From assembly GCA_948468505.1 (NCBI GenBank), contig CAOKJE010000001.1, positions 225 through 64,224 on the forward strand: a DNA stretch of 64,000 nt. Direction: 5' to 3'. This DNA comes from an uncultured Clostridium sp. (GTDB lineage Bacteria; Bacillota; Clostridia; TANB77; CAG-508). The notes beneath the pieces are model-generated. The model worked only from the letters and a program-made list of their open reading frames with translations, had not been told where the DNA came from and made no database searches. The position numbers were made by a program, and so were the translations under genes. The first letter of the stretch is position 1, and the number at the start of each line of letters is the position of its first letter. Shown one piece after another: positions 9,294-19,045 of the stretch.

Positions 9294-10723
9294 ATGCAAC
9301 AAGAAAAATTAGAATTAGTAGCAGACTTTTATGAATTTACCATGTCAAATGGTTACTTTATCAAAAACAAAAACGAAATAGCCTATTTTGACATATTCTA
9401 TAGAAAAACACCAGATGGCGGAGGTTATGCTATAGTAGCTGGTTTAGAGCAAATCATTAAATTTATCCAAAACTTAAAATTTGATAAAGAAGATATTGAG
9501 TATTTAAAAAAACAAAATTTATTCTCCGCAGAATACTTAACATATCTTGCAAACTTTAAATTTACAGGCGACATTTGGGCAATACCAGAAGGAACAGTAG
9601 TATTTCCAAACGAGCCATTAATAACCGTAAGAGCCCCACTAGTAGAAGCTCAAATTTTAGAAACAATGTTACTTTTAATCATAAACCATCAAAGTCTAAT
9701 TGCCACCAAAACTGCAAGAATTGTACAAGCAGCAAGCGGAAGACCAGTCATGGAATTTGGAGCAAGAAGAGCACACCGGAATATCGGCAGCTATCTATGG
9801 AGCAAGAGCAGCCATCATTGGAGGAGCAGTAGGAACTTCTTGCACAGCAACCAGCCAAAAGTTTGAAGTGCCAGCAAGCGGAACCATGGCACACAGCTGG
9901 ATTCAAAGCTTCGATACAGAATATGAAGCCTTTAAAACTTATGCCGAGACTTATCCGCAAAATGGAACCTTTTTAATAGATACATATAACACCTTACAAA
10001 GCGGATTGCCAAATGCGATAAAGGTATTTGACGAAGTATTAAAACCACAAGGAATAAGACCAATTGCTGTAAGAATAGACAGTGGAGACTTAGCCTATCT
10101 ATCCAAAAAAATAAGAACCATACTAGACGAAGCAGGCTATGAAGATTGTAAAATATGTGCCACAAATTCCTTGGACGAAAACCTAATTCACTCTTTAATT
10201 GAGCAAGATGCCAAAATAGACCTATTTGGTGTAGGAGAAAACTTAATTACAGCCAAAAGCGATAGCGTATTTGGTCGGAGTATATAAATTAGTTGCCATC
10301 GAAAAAGAAGGAAAAATCATTCCCAAAATAAAAATTAGTGAAAACGTAGAAAAAATCACAAACCCAAGCTTCAAAAAAGTATACCGTTTTTATGATAAAG
10401 AAACCAATTATGCGTTAGCAGATGTTATCTTATTAAATGACGAAGAAGCACCACAAGGTGAATACGAAATATTTGACCAACACAATACTTGGAAAAGAAA
10501 GACATTAAATAATTACTATGTAAAGAATTTACAAGAAAAAATATTTGAAAACGGAAAGCTAATCTATCAAAATCCTAACCTAGAACAAATTGCAAAATAT
10601 GCCAAAGAACAATTAGATACCATTTGGGAAGAAGTAAAAAGATTAAAAAATCCACAAAGGTACTATGTTGATTTATCACAAAAACTATATGATTTAAAAA
10701 CTAAATTATTAGAAAAAGGATAA
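9294..10723 (+). CDS. pncB: Nicotinate phosphoribosyltransferase PncB, two CGG recoding sites (9777, 10276)
   Basis: Three overlapping ORFs join as ...GARRAHGISAAIYGARAAIIGG...GTMAHSWIQSF... and ...SDSVFGGVYKLVAIEKEG.... Both junctions are CGG followed by GGA. Confidence 0.75.
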
Positions 10724-10730
10724 AGGGAAA

Positions 10731-11771
10731 ATGAACGAACTAGAGCAAATCAAAAAAATACGAAAACCAATCGTAGAATGGTATCAAAAAAACAAAAGGC
10801 AATTACCCTGGCGAGAAGAAAAAAATCCTTATCACATATGGATTTCTGAAATTATGTTACAACAAACCAGAATCGAAGCAGTTAAACAATATTATAAAAG
10901 ATTTTTAGAAGAAATACCGACAATTCAAACTTTAGCAGAAATAGAAGAAGAAAAACTACTAAAATTATGGGAAGGGCTGGGCTATTACAATCGTGCAAGA
11001 AATTTAAAAAAAGCAGCAGAAGAAATCCAAAAAAATTATAAAGGTCAAATGCCAAAAACTTATCAAGAATTAGTAAAATTACCTGGAATAGGAGAATACA
11101 CAGCAGGAGCCATTAGTTCCATTGCTTACAATGAACCAATGCCAGCAGTGGATGGAAATGTACTTCGTGTCGTTAGTAGAGTAGTTGGCAGTAAAAAAGA
11201 TATATTGGAAAGTAAGACGAAAAAAGAATGGACTGCCAAATTAAAAGAAATTATGCCAAAACAGGCAGGCGATTTTAATGAAGGGTTGATGGAATTAGGG
11301 GAACTAATTTGCATTCCAAATGGAGAACCAATATGTAAAAAATGTCCTTTACAAGAGATGTGTGTAGCAAAAAAGGAAGGATTAACCGCTACCATTCCAG
11401 TTCGTAATCAAAAAATAAAAAGAAAAAAAGAGGACGTAACCGTATTTTTATTAGAATTTGAAGGGGAAGTTGCCATTCGAAAAAGAGATAAAAAAGGGCT
11501 GTTAGCCAATATGTATGAATTTCCTAACATTCTTAAAAAAGTAAAACAAAAAGAAATAGAAAAAGTGTTACAAGATTGGGAAATAAAGAGTAGTTTGATT
11601 GAGAAAGTAGGTAGCCACCATCATGTTTTTTCTCATGTTGAGTGGGACATGATAGGTTACAAAATCCAGGTAACCAAGAAGAATAAAGAATTTATATGGA
11701 AAAGCAAAGAAGAAATTTTAGAAAAGTATGCAATTCCAGGGGCATTTGTGCCATTTCGTAACAAACTATAA
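10731..11771 (+). CDS. mutY: A/G-specific adenine DNA glycosylase MutY
   Basis: HhH-GPD core LPWR...PYHIWISEIMLQQTRIEAV, a 4Fe-4S CX6CX2CX5C region, and a C-terminal NUDIX-like domain, with no in-frame CGG. Confidence 0.8.
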   Translation: MNELEQIKKIRKPIVEWYQKNKRQLPWREEKNPYHIWISEIMLQQTRIEAVKQYYKRFLEEIPTIQTLAEIEEEKLLKLWEGLGYYNRARNLKKAAEEIQKNYKGQMPKTYQELVKLPGIGEYTAGAISSIAYNEPMPAVDGNVLRVVSRVVGSKKDILESKTKKEWTAKLKEIMPKQAGDFNEGLMELGELICIPNGEPICKKCPLQEMCVAKKEGLTATIPVRNQKIKRKKEDVTVFLLEFEGEVAIRKRDKKGLLANMYEFPNILKKVKQKEIEKVLQDWEIKSSLIEKVGSHHHVFSHVEWDMIGYKIQVTKKNKEFIWKSKEEILEKYAIPGAFVPFRNKL

Positions 11772-11781
11772 AAAATAAAGA

Positions 11782-11873
11782 TGGCGGAGTGAGTGGGATT
11801 CGAACCCACGGGCCGCTCTTCGCGACTACTACAGTTCCAGTGTAGCTCGTTATGACCACTTCGATACCACTCC
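11782..11873 (-). tRNA. tRNA-Ser (anticodon GGA), long variable arm, CCA encoded
   Basis: The reverse complement folds as a class II tRNA. Anticodon stem-loop CTACA-CTGGAAC-TGTAG, T-loop GGTTCGAATCC. Confidence 0.75.
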
Positions 11874-11950
11874 ATTTTCGTATCTTATTATATACTAAAT
11901 TGGTAAAAAAGACAAGTATTAAATTTTAAAATATATAAGTAGGTGATAAA

Positions 11951-12415
11951 ATGAAAATAGGATTTACCATCGGAAAATTTGCACCATTACACAAAGGGCA
12001 TCAATATCTAATAGAAAAAGCCTTAAGTGAAATGGACAAATTTTATGTTGTAATCTACGAAACCAAAGTAACCAACATTCCAATCGAAACAAGAGCCAAT
12101 TGGATTAAACAAATTTATCCAGAAGTAAACTTAATTTATGCCAAAAATCCACCCACCCAATATGGACTAGACGAAGAAAGTGTAAAGATACAAACTAACT
12201 ACTTAAAAGAGGTGTTAGGAGATATTAAAGTGACACATTTTTATAATAGTGAGCCATATGGTAAATTTGTAGCTAGAGACTTAAAAGTTAAAGAAGTGCA
12301 AGTAGACAGAGAAAGGGAAAAATATCCAATTAGTGCAACAGCAATTCGAAAAGAAGTGGAGTTAAATGAGGAGTTTTTAGAAAAAATTGTTTACCGAGAT
12401 ATGAAAGAGGCTTGA
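11951..12415 (+). CDS. NadM/archaeal-type nicotinamide-nucleotide adenylyltransferase-like nucleotidyltransferase
   Basis: GKFAPLHKGHQYLI is the (H/T)xGH motif, and the protein is the right size for the small NMNAT family. Confidence 0.55.
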   Translation: MKIGFTIGKFAPLHKGHQYLIEKALSEMDKFYVVIYETKVTNIPIETRANWIKQIYPEVNLIYAKNPPTQYGLDEESVKIQTNYLKEVLGDIKVTHFYNSEPYGKFVARDLKVKEVQVDREREKYPISATAIRKEVELNEEFLEKIVYRDMKEA

Positions 12416-12432
12416 AGCAGAAAGGCTTCTTT
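12400..12432 (+). terminator. Rho-independent terminator
   Basis: gaagcagaaaggcttc hairpin followed by a T-run. Confidence 0.5.
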
Positions 12433-12530
12433 TTATTATGTTCTCTTAAGAAAAGCTTTATTTTAAATTAAGAAAAAATTAATAGAATTTTTGGATACCT
12501 TATGCTAAAATAAAAAAGAATTAGGAGACG

Positions 12531-12567
12531 GGGATTGAGGGACGTTCCTTAAATCTTCAATCCCCAA
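12531..12567. repeat. GGGGACG-family motif, hairpin form, upstream of the ABC ATPase RBS
   Basis: ggggattga-gggacgttccttaaatct-tcaatcccc. The loop resembles the 35569 copy. Confidence 0.55.
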
Positions 12568-12581
12568 GGAAGGAGAAAAAG

Positions 12582-13487
12582 ATGGAAAAGACAGTTTTAA
12601 AATGTGAAAACCTAAACAAAAAATTTGGTAAAAAACAAATTTTAAAAGACGTTTCCTTTGAAATTGAGCAAGGAGATATCTTAGGATTTATTGGGCCAAA
12701 TGGTGCGGGAAAAACTACTACCATTAAATTAATATTAGGACTTCAAAGTATCACAAAAGGAAAGGTACAAATCAATGGATATGACATTGAAAAGCAATTT
12801 ACCAAAGCTATTAGTAATGTTGGTGCAATTGTCGAGAACCCAGATTTATACATGTATTTGTCAGGACTTGAAAACTTGAAATTAATTGCTAACTTATATA
12901 AAGGAATTGACCCAAAAAGAATAGACGAGGTTGTAAAACTGGTTAAGTTAGAAAATAGAATAAAAGACAAAGTTTCTAAATATTCTTTAGGAATGAGGCA
13001 AAGGCTAGGAATTGCTCAAGCTATTTTGCATAAGCCTAATTTACTAATTTTAGACGAACCAACCAATGGACTAGACCCAGAAGGAATAAAAGAAATGAGA
13101 GAACTTTTGATGGACTTAGCAAAAAAAGAAGAAATGGCAATCTTAATTTCAAGCCACAACCTAGCTGAATTAGACAACCTATGTAACAAAGTTTGTATCA
13201 TTAAAAATGGAGAGATTATTGAAACAAGTGACATAACAAGCATAAAAAAAGAAGCAGGAAAACAATTCCAAATATTAGAAGTAGATAACATTGAAAAACT
13301 AAAAGAACTACTACCCAAAGCAATTATCAGTAAAAACCAAGTTAAGATAGAAATACCAAAAGAACAAATACCAGAAATGATTGAAAAATTAGTAGAGAAC
13401 AACATCAAAATATATCAAGTAAAACAAGAAGAAAAATCTTTAGAACAAGCATTTTTCGAAAAGACAGGGGGAAATCACATTGAGTAA
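12582..13487 (+). CDS. ABC transporter ATP-binding protein
   Basis: Walker A GPNGAGKTT, signature LSLGMRQRL and Walker B LLILDE. Confidence 0.85.
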   Translation: MEKTVLKCENLNKKFGKKQILKDVSFEIEQGDILGFIGPNGAGKTTTIKLILGLQSITKGKVQINGYDIEKQFTKAISNVGAIVENPDLYMYLSGLENLKLIANLYKGIDPKRIDEVVKLVKLENRIKDKVSKYSLGMRQRLGIAQAILHKPNLLILDEPTNGLDPEGIKEMRELLMDLAKKEEMAILISSHNLAELDNLCNKVCIIKNGEIIETSDITSIKKEAGKQFQILEVDNIEKLKELLPKAIISKNQVKIEIPKEQIPEMIEKLVENNIKIYQVKQEEKSLEQAFFEKTGGNHIE

Positions 13488-14941
13488 ATTAATTAAAAAT
13501 GAATTAACCAAAATTTTCAAAAAAAAGAGCATTTATATAACTTTATTTGTCATTTTAGCTTTTGTTATTTTAACCAACTGCATTTATAAATTTTTCTATC
13601 ATAGTGGTATCTATAGCGAATACAATGATAGCTATATCCAATATGCCAAGGAAGAAATTGCAAAATTAGATCCCAATAAACCAAGTGATGTTAAAATGTA
13701 TATTGATTTAAAAACCACTTTAGACGTTTATGAAATAAGACAAAAATACGAATCAGGAACTTGGCAAGAAAAGATACTATCTATGCAAGTTTCAGGATAC
13801 ATCAATGAAAAAAACACCTATTTATATGGAGAAAACAAAGACAGCCAAAAAGTAGCAAAAATAGAAGAAGAAATCAAGCAAACTCTTCAAAAATTAGACC
13901 AAGGAGATTGGAAATTTTTTGCCCAAGAAGAATTAAAACAGGCAAAAACAGCCCTACAAAGATTAGAAGAGCAAAAACAAAATACCGTTGACAAGCAAGA
14001 ACTACAAGACTTAGAAATAGCAATAAAAAATGCTAAAATTGACCAAGAAGTAGCCGAAATTAGGATAAATAAAGACATTATATACGGAAATGACTTTAAA
14101 AACAACGCCTTAGAAACCTATCAAAGTGAAGCCAAAACTATAATCAGTGCAGAAGTTAATACACGGAGAACAAGAATATAAAACAAAACAAGAATACAAC
14201 AAAAGCTTAGAAAAAAGAGAAATAAATCACTACATTTTGGAAAATAACATAGACATCAACAAAACAAATGATGTAAGAGGAATTCTAAAAAATATATTTA
14301 GTGAATATGGCTTATTTATCATCGTCATGATAGTCATGATAGCAGGAACCATTGTAAGCGAAGAATTTAACAAAGGAACCATCAAACTATTATTAGTAAA
14401 ACCATATAGTAGAAACAAAATATTACTTGCCAAATTTATAACTGTTTTAATCATGATAGCATTTACTATTGTAGCAGTTATAGCAATGGAACTAATCGTA
14501 GGAGGAATCATTTTTGGATTTGACAGCTTATCAGTACCAGTTTTACAATATAATTTTACAACAGGAAACTTAGAAGTGCTAAACATCTTTACTTATTTAG
14601 GAATAGAAATACTAACGCAAGTACCGAAATTTATCCTATTAGCAACACTTGCCTTTTCTTGCAGTACCTTATTTACAAACAGTGCAGTAGCAATAGCAAT
14701 ACCACTGCTAGGTTATATGTCAGCTGATATGATTAACATGCTAGTCATTCAATACAAGGTACAATTCATGAAACTATTTGTCAGCTTAAATTGGAACTTC
14801 GAAGAATACCTATTTGGTAATTTGCCAAAGATGGAAGGAATGACTTGTAGTTTTTCTATTATAATATGTGTGCTATATTTTGTGGCTATGTTAATACCAA
14901 CTTTTATTACTTTTAAAAAGAAGAACATAAAGAACATTTAG
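13480..14941 (+). CDS. ABC-2 type transporter permease, one CGG recoding site (14164)
   Basis: Two overlapping ORFs join at aca-CGG-aga as ...EVNTGEQEYKTKQEY..., and the downstream half has six predicted transmembrane helices. Confidence 0.6.
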
Positions 14942-14946
14942 CTTGA

Positions 14947-15030
14947 AATGATTTTGGGGACGGAGGAAAAAATCATGATTGAATTGTTATACAACCATGA
15001 TTTTTTCCTCCGTCCCCAAAATCATTTCAA
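14947..15030. repeat. Perfect ~33-bp-arm palindromic element A (GGGGACGGAGG core, embedded RBS and ATG)
   Basis: gaaatgattttggggacggaggaaaaaatcatg ...19 nt... catgattttttcctccgtccccaaaatcatttc. The same arms occur at 18297-18380, and a half-copy at 40768-40798. Confidence 0.8.
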
Positions 15031-15098
15031 AATAAATATTGAATTTTGTAGAAAAAAGAGGTATAATAGTAGCATAGAAAATTAAAGGAGGAATCAAC

Positions 15099-15773
15099 AT
15101 GGAAGCAAAAATTATTGGAGAAACCTTACCAGCCGTTATTTGTAAACTACAAAAAGGAGAATCAATCCTTACAGAAAACGGTGGAATGAGTTGGATGGAC
15201 AATAAAATTACCATGAAAACAACCACAAATGGTGGAATTATGAAAGGAATCGGAAGAGCCTTTGCAGGAGAATCACTTTTTATGAATGTATACACAGCAG
15301 AGCAAGACAATGCAGAAATAGGATTTTCTTCTTGTTTTCCAGGACAAATATTAGAGTATGACTTAAAAGAAGGAGAAACCATCATTGCACAAAAACGTGC
15401 TTTTCTATGTTCAGAAAATACAGTAGACATCTCTATGCAATTTCGTAAAAAGCTAGGAGCAGGATTTTTTGGAGGAGAAGGATTCATCATGCAAAAAATC
15501 ACAGGACCAGGAAAAGTATTTTTAGAAATTGATGGTTCTGTTGTAAAAAAAGAATTACAAGCAGGAGAAAAATTAAAAGTAGACAATGGATATGTAGCAG
15601 CCATGACAAAAGATGTACAACTAAACATTGAAACCGTAAAAGGCGTAAAAAATATAGTATTTGGTGGAGAGGGATTATTCTTAACAACACTAGAAGGACC
15701 AGGTACCATATGGTTACAAACCATGCCAATTTCAAAATTATCAAGCTTATTATACGTAGGAACAGCAAGATAG
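15099..15773 (+). CDS. AIM24/TIGR00266-family protein
   Basis: Overall pattern of glycine-rich beta repeats (GAGFFGGEGFIMQKITGPG...GGEGLFLTTLEGPGTIWLQ). The antisense ORF 14987-15808 is spurious. Confidence 0.6.
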   Translation: MEAKIIGETLPAVICKLQKGESILTENGGMSWMDNKITMKTTTNGGIMKGIGRAFAGESLFMNVYTAEQDNAEIGFSSCFPGQILEYDLKEGETIIAQKRAFLCSENTVDISMQFRKKLGAGFFGGEGFIMQKITGPGKVFLEIDGSVVKKELQAGEKLKVDNGYVAAMTKDVQLNIETVKGVKNIVFGGEGLFLTTLEGPGTIWLQTMPISKLSSLLYVGTAR

Positions 15774-15774
15774 G

Positions 15775-15830
15775 AAATTTTGCCAAAAGGGACAGACCTT
15801 TTTGGCAATTTTGTTTCTTTTTTTTAAAAT
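15775..15830 (+). terminator. Rho-independent terminator
   Basis: ttgccaaaag ggacagacc tttttggcaa hairpin followed by a T-run. Confidence 0.6.
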
Positions 15831-15944
15831 TTAATAGAAAAAAGTTTGTAACAACTTTTGGGAAGTAGCGTAAAAATCTTTCCGACTTTTAGGTATATAA
15901 GTAGTAAGCAAGGTAATATAATATAAAAAAGGAGTTAAAGAAAA

Positions 15945-16569
15945 ATGAAAGTAATATTAGTTAATGGAAGTCCACATGAAAAAGGATGTACCTATACAGC
16001 CTTAAAAGAGGTAGAGAAGACCTTAAACCAAAATGAAATTGAAACTGAAATATTTTGGCTAGGAAATAAACCAGTAGCTCGGATGTATTGGTTGTGGAAA
16101 TTGTTTAAAAACAGGAGAATGTTTTGTAAAAGATAAAGTAAATGAATTTTTGGAAAAAGTGCCAAAAGCAGATGGCTTTATTTTTGGAACACCAGTACAT
16201 TTTGCAGCAAGCTCTGGTATGTTATCTTCTTTTATGGATAGAGCTTTTTATGGCAGAAGAAATTTATTTAGCAATAAGCCAGCTTCAGCAGTAGCAAGTT
16301 GTAGAAGAGGTGGGGCAACAGCCACTTTAGATGAAATTAACAAATATTTTGGTATTAGCAATATGCCAATCGTATCTTCTCAATATTGGAATATGGTGCA
16401 TGGAACCAAACCAGAAGAAGTAATAAAAGACGAAGAAGGAATGCAAACCATGAGAACGTTAGGAAACAATATGGCGTGGCTATTAAAATCAATAGAAGCA
16501 GGGAAAAAAGCAGGAATTGAATTACCTAAAAATGAACCAATTGTTTCTACTAATTTTATAAAACCATAA
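15945..16569 (+). CDS. Flavodoxin-like FMN-dependent reductase / iron-sulfur flavoprotein family, one CGG recoding site (16080)
   Basis: At gct-CGG-atg the +1 frame gives KPVAGCIGCGNCLKTGECFVKD (a Cys cluster) and continues into the 16150-16569 ORF. Confidence 0.6.
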
Positions 16570-16654
16570 TTTTTTGAATATGGTAGCAAAATCATTTTAA
16601 ATAACAAATAAATATTGCCAATTATTAAAAATAAAGATATAATAAGAAAAAAGA

Positions 16655-16697
16655 AAGCGATGTTTTTTGTGCTTTTAGGGACGAGGCCAAAAAACAT
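16655..16697. repeat. GGGACG-family hairpin element
   Basis: gcgatgttttttg-tgcttttagggacgaggc-caaaaaacatcgc lies upstream of the RBS for the 16721 gene. Confidence 0.5.
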
Positions 16698-16720
16698 CGC
16701 ATCAAAAAGGAGATATTATA

Positions 16721-17548
16721 ATGAAAAAAACAATCGCAAAAACAATCATGATAATTGCTATTTTAGCATTTACTTATGCAAATTTAGGACAAGTACAAGC
16801 AGTAACCAATCAAGAAATAACACAACAGCAACTAGAAAACTATGTAAAGGACATAGACCCAAACAACGTAAGCAAAGAAGATATTTTAAAGATATATGAC
16901 GAAGTAAGCAAAGACTATTCTCCAGAAAATATAGCTGATATGCTAGAAGAAAATGCAAAGGAAATAGAAGCACAAGGCGTTAGCAAAGATGTAATTTCAG
17001 CAGGGGCAGAGTTTATTAGACAAACCGATACACAAAGTATAAGAAAAATAATAGAAGATGACATTGACATAGAAGATATCAAAGAAAAGATACAAAAAGG
17101 TTATACAGCAGATCAAATTTTAAATAGTATGGTACAAGAAACACCAACCACAAAAAAAGTAGAAATAGCAACAAAAGTACTATTATCTAATAAAATAATA
17201 AAAACAATTGTGACAATAGCAGTAATAGTATTTATCTATGGAACCATTCTTAGATGGATTATTTATACCAAAGCTGGAAAACATGGATGGGCAGCAATTG
17301 TGCCACTTTACAGGCAAATTGTAATGTACCAAGTCTGTGGACTATCTCCATTTTTGATGCTACTTTGGTTAGTTCCTATATTTGGATGGATTGCGATGCT
17401 AGTAATTGCCATCATGAAAAGATTTTGCTTGGCTAAAGAATTTGGAAGAGGAGCTGGTTTTGGTTTTGGATTATTGTTTTTCGGACTAATTTTCCAAAGC
17501 ATATTAGCTTTTCATCCTAAGATTCAAAAAAATGAAAAGGAAGCGTGA
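16721..17548 (+). CDS. Secreted/membrane protein with a C-terminal multi-helix membrane domain
   Basis: Signal peptide, a charged ~150 aa region, then AGKHGWAAIVPLYRQIVMYQVCGL...FGRGAGFGFGLLFF transmembrane helices. Confidence 0.4.
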   Translation: MKKTIAKTIMIIAILAFTYANLGQVQAVTNQEITQQQLENYVKDIDPNNVSKEDILKIYDEVSKDYSPENIADMLEENAKEIEAQGVSKDVISAGAEFIRQTDTQSIRKIIEDDIDIEDIKEKIQKGYTADQILNSMVQETPTTKKVEIATKVLLSNKIIKTIVTIAVIVFIYGTILRWIIYTKAGKHGWAAIVPLYRQIVMYQVCGLSPFLMLLWLVPIFGWIAMLVIAIMKRFCLAKEFGRGAGFGFGLLFFGLIFQSILAFHPKIQKNEKEA

Positions 17549-17558
17549 AAAAAGAAAA

Positions 17559-18340
17559 ATGAACCAGAAGCGGAAAGATAGGAGTTTTTGATTCAGGGAT
17601 TGGTGGCGTAACTGTCTTACGGCGAAATGATTAAAATTTTACCAAAAGAAGATTACATCTATTATAGTGATTCTAAAAATAATCCATATGGCGATAAAAC
17701 AGAAGAAGAAATAAAACAGCTATGTGACAACATTGTCTTGCATTTACTAGAAAAAGAATGTAAAGCAATCGTAATAGCATGCAATACAGCAAGCGCAAAA
17801 GCAGCAGAATTCTTAAGAATAAAATATCCTAAAGTACCAATTATTGCAATCGAACCAGCCTATAAAATGGTGCATGATTATAATTATGATAAAAAAACCT
17901 TAGTAATGGCAACAAAAGGAACAATAGAAAGTGAAAAGTTTAATTTATTATTAAAAAAATATGATAATCATAAAACCTACCTTTTGCCTTGTGTGGGATT
18001 AGCCGAAAAAATCGAAGCAGGAAATCAAGAAGAAATTAAAAAATATTTGCAAAAAACACTAGGTTGTTATAAAAACAAAGTAGAAAATGTAGTGCTAGGC
18101 TGTACCCATTATCCCTTGATTCAAAATGAAATTGCAGATATTTTAGGGCAAGTTAAATTTTTTAATGGAGCTCCTAATTTAGCTAAGTATCTGAAAGAAG
18201 TTTTAGTGCAAAAGGATTTATTAAATGATGGAGAAGGAAGAATACATTTTGAAGATTCAGCAAGATTAGTAGAGAAGGAAAAAAGATTTTTTGAGATTTT
18301 AAAAGAGATTTTGGGGACGGAGGAAAAAATCATGGATTGA
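17559..18340 (+). CDS. murI: Glutamate racemase MurI, two CGG recoding sites (17571, 17620); C-terminus runs into element B
   Basis: Reading across aag-CGG-aaa and tta-CGG-cga gives MNQKGKIGVFDSGIGGVTVLGEMIKILPKEDYIYYSD. This joins the 17627-18340 ORF, which carries ACNTASA and GCTHYP, and the last 10 codons (LGTEEKIMD) come from the palindromic element. Confidence 0.75.
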
Positions 18341-18380
18341 ATAACAACGCAAGCCATGATTTTTTCCTCCGTCCCCAAAA
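18297..18380. repeat. Palindromic element B (same arms as element A)
   Basis: attttggggacggaggaaaaaatcatgg ...loop... ccatgattttttcctccgtccccaaaat. It overlaps the 3' end of murI. Confidence 0.8.
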
Positions 18381-18399
18381 TCTTTCCCAAATTTCAAAA

Positions 18400-18828
18400 T
18401 TATAAATATTTTTTCAACTGTTCCACTGTATTTTCCTGAAACTGAACAAACTCTGTTAGAATATTTTTCACAGGCTCATCGGTATTAGGGTTATGGTTTA
18501 AAAGCTTAACGCCCTTAATAATTCCCATATTAGTACCTTGTAGCATCATTTCAGCAATTTTAGAAGTACTTTTATCCTCCATAGTATTAAACTCTACACT
18601 CATCCACCCCATAGCTTTTTGCATGGGATTTAGCTCCTTGGGAAAGTCATTATAATGAGAAAGTTCAGTATTAACCTTATTTAAAATATCGTTATATTTG
18701 TCATATTGAAATTTTAAATCCTTTTTGAAATCGTCATCTTGTATCTTTTCAGCAACGTTAGAAATTGAATCCATCCCCATTTTAATTCCCTTATTAACTT
18801 CATTTAAAATATAACCAGGACTATCCAT
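18400..18828 (-). CDS. Hypothetical protein, possibly a spore coat protein F-like domain
   Basis: 142 aa ORF with an RBS (aaggagg) and no in-frame CGG. The family assignment is a weak impression only. Confidence 0.35.
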   Translation of the reverse strand: MDSPGYILNEVNKGIKMGMDSISNVAEKIQDDDFKKDLKFQYDKYNDILNKVNTELSHYNDFPKELNPMQKAMGWMSVEFNTMEDKSTSKIAEMMLQGTNMGIIKGVKLLNHNPNTDEPVKNILTEFVQFQENTVEQLKKYL

Positions 18829-18885
18829 TGTAAATTCCTCCTTTAATTTTTTTTAATATAACCAAAAGGAAAGAAAAATATTCTT

Positions 18886-18917
18886 TATGATGTTTTTTGG
18901 GACGGGGTCAAAAAACA
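18886..18917. repeat. GGGACGG-family hairpin element
   Basis: gatgttttttg-ggacggggt-caaaaaacatc lies between divergent genes. Confidence 0.5.
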
Positions 18918-18934
18918 TCATTTTATGAAAATAA

Positions 18935-18975
18935 GTGAACAATAGTATTGACTTTAAAAGGGAAAAAATGATAAA
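18935..18975 (+). promoter_or_regulatory. Sigma-A-type promoter for the pilin-like gene
   Basis: TTGACT, 17 nt spacer, then gATAAAAT. Confidence 0.45.
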
Positions 18976-19045
18976 ATCAATTATACAACACCAAAATGAC
19001 ATAATGTGAAAAGAAGAAATACGAAAGAAAGAGGAGCAAACAAAT

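Noticed and set aside
14975-15090. 37-codon ORF starting at the ATG inside palindromic element A
   Set aside because: It is a translation of the element's right arm and the following AT-rich spacer, and it is not conserved. The ATG and RBS belong to the repeat, not to a gene.
14987-15808. 273-aa ORF on the minus strand (and similar antisense ORFs at 3570-4097, 6249-6548, 13016-13408, 36385-36903, 59478-60728)
   Set aside because: Each overlaps a well-supported gene on the opposite strand, is low-complexity or hydrophobic translation of AT-rich antisense sequence, and has no RBS. They are spurious.
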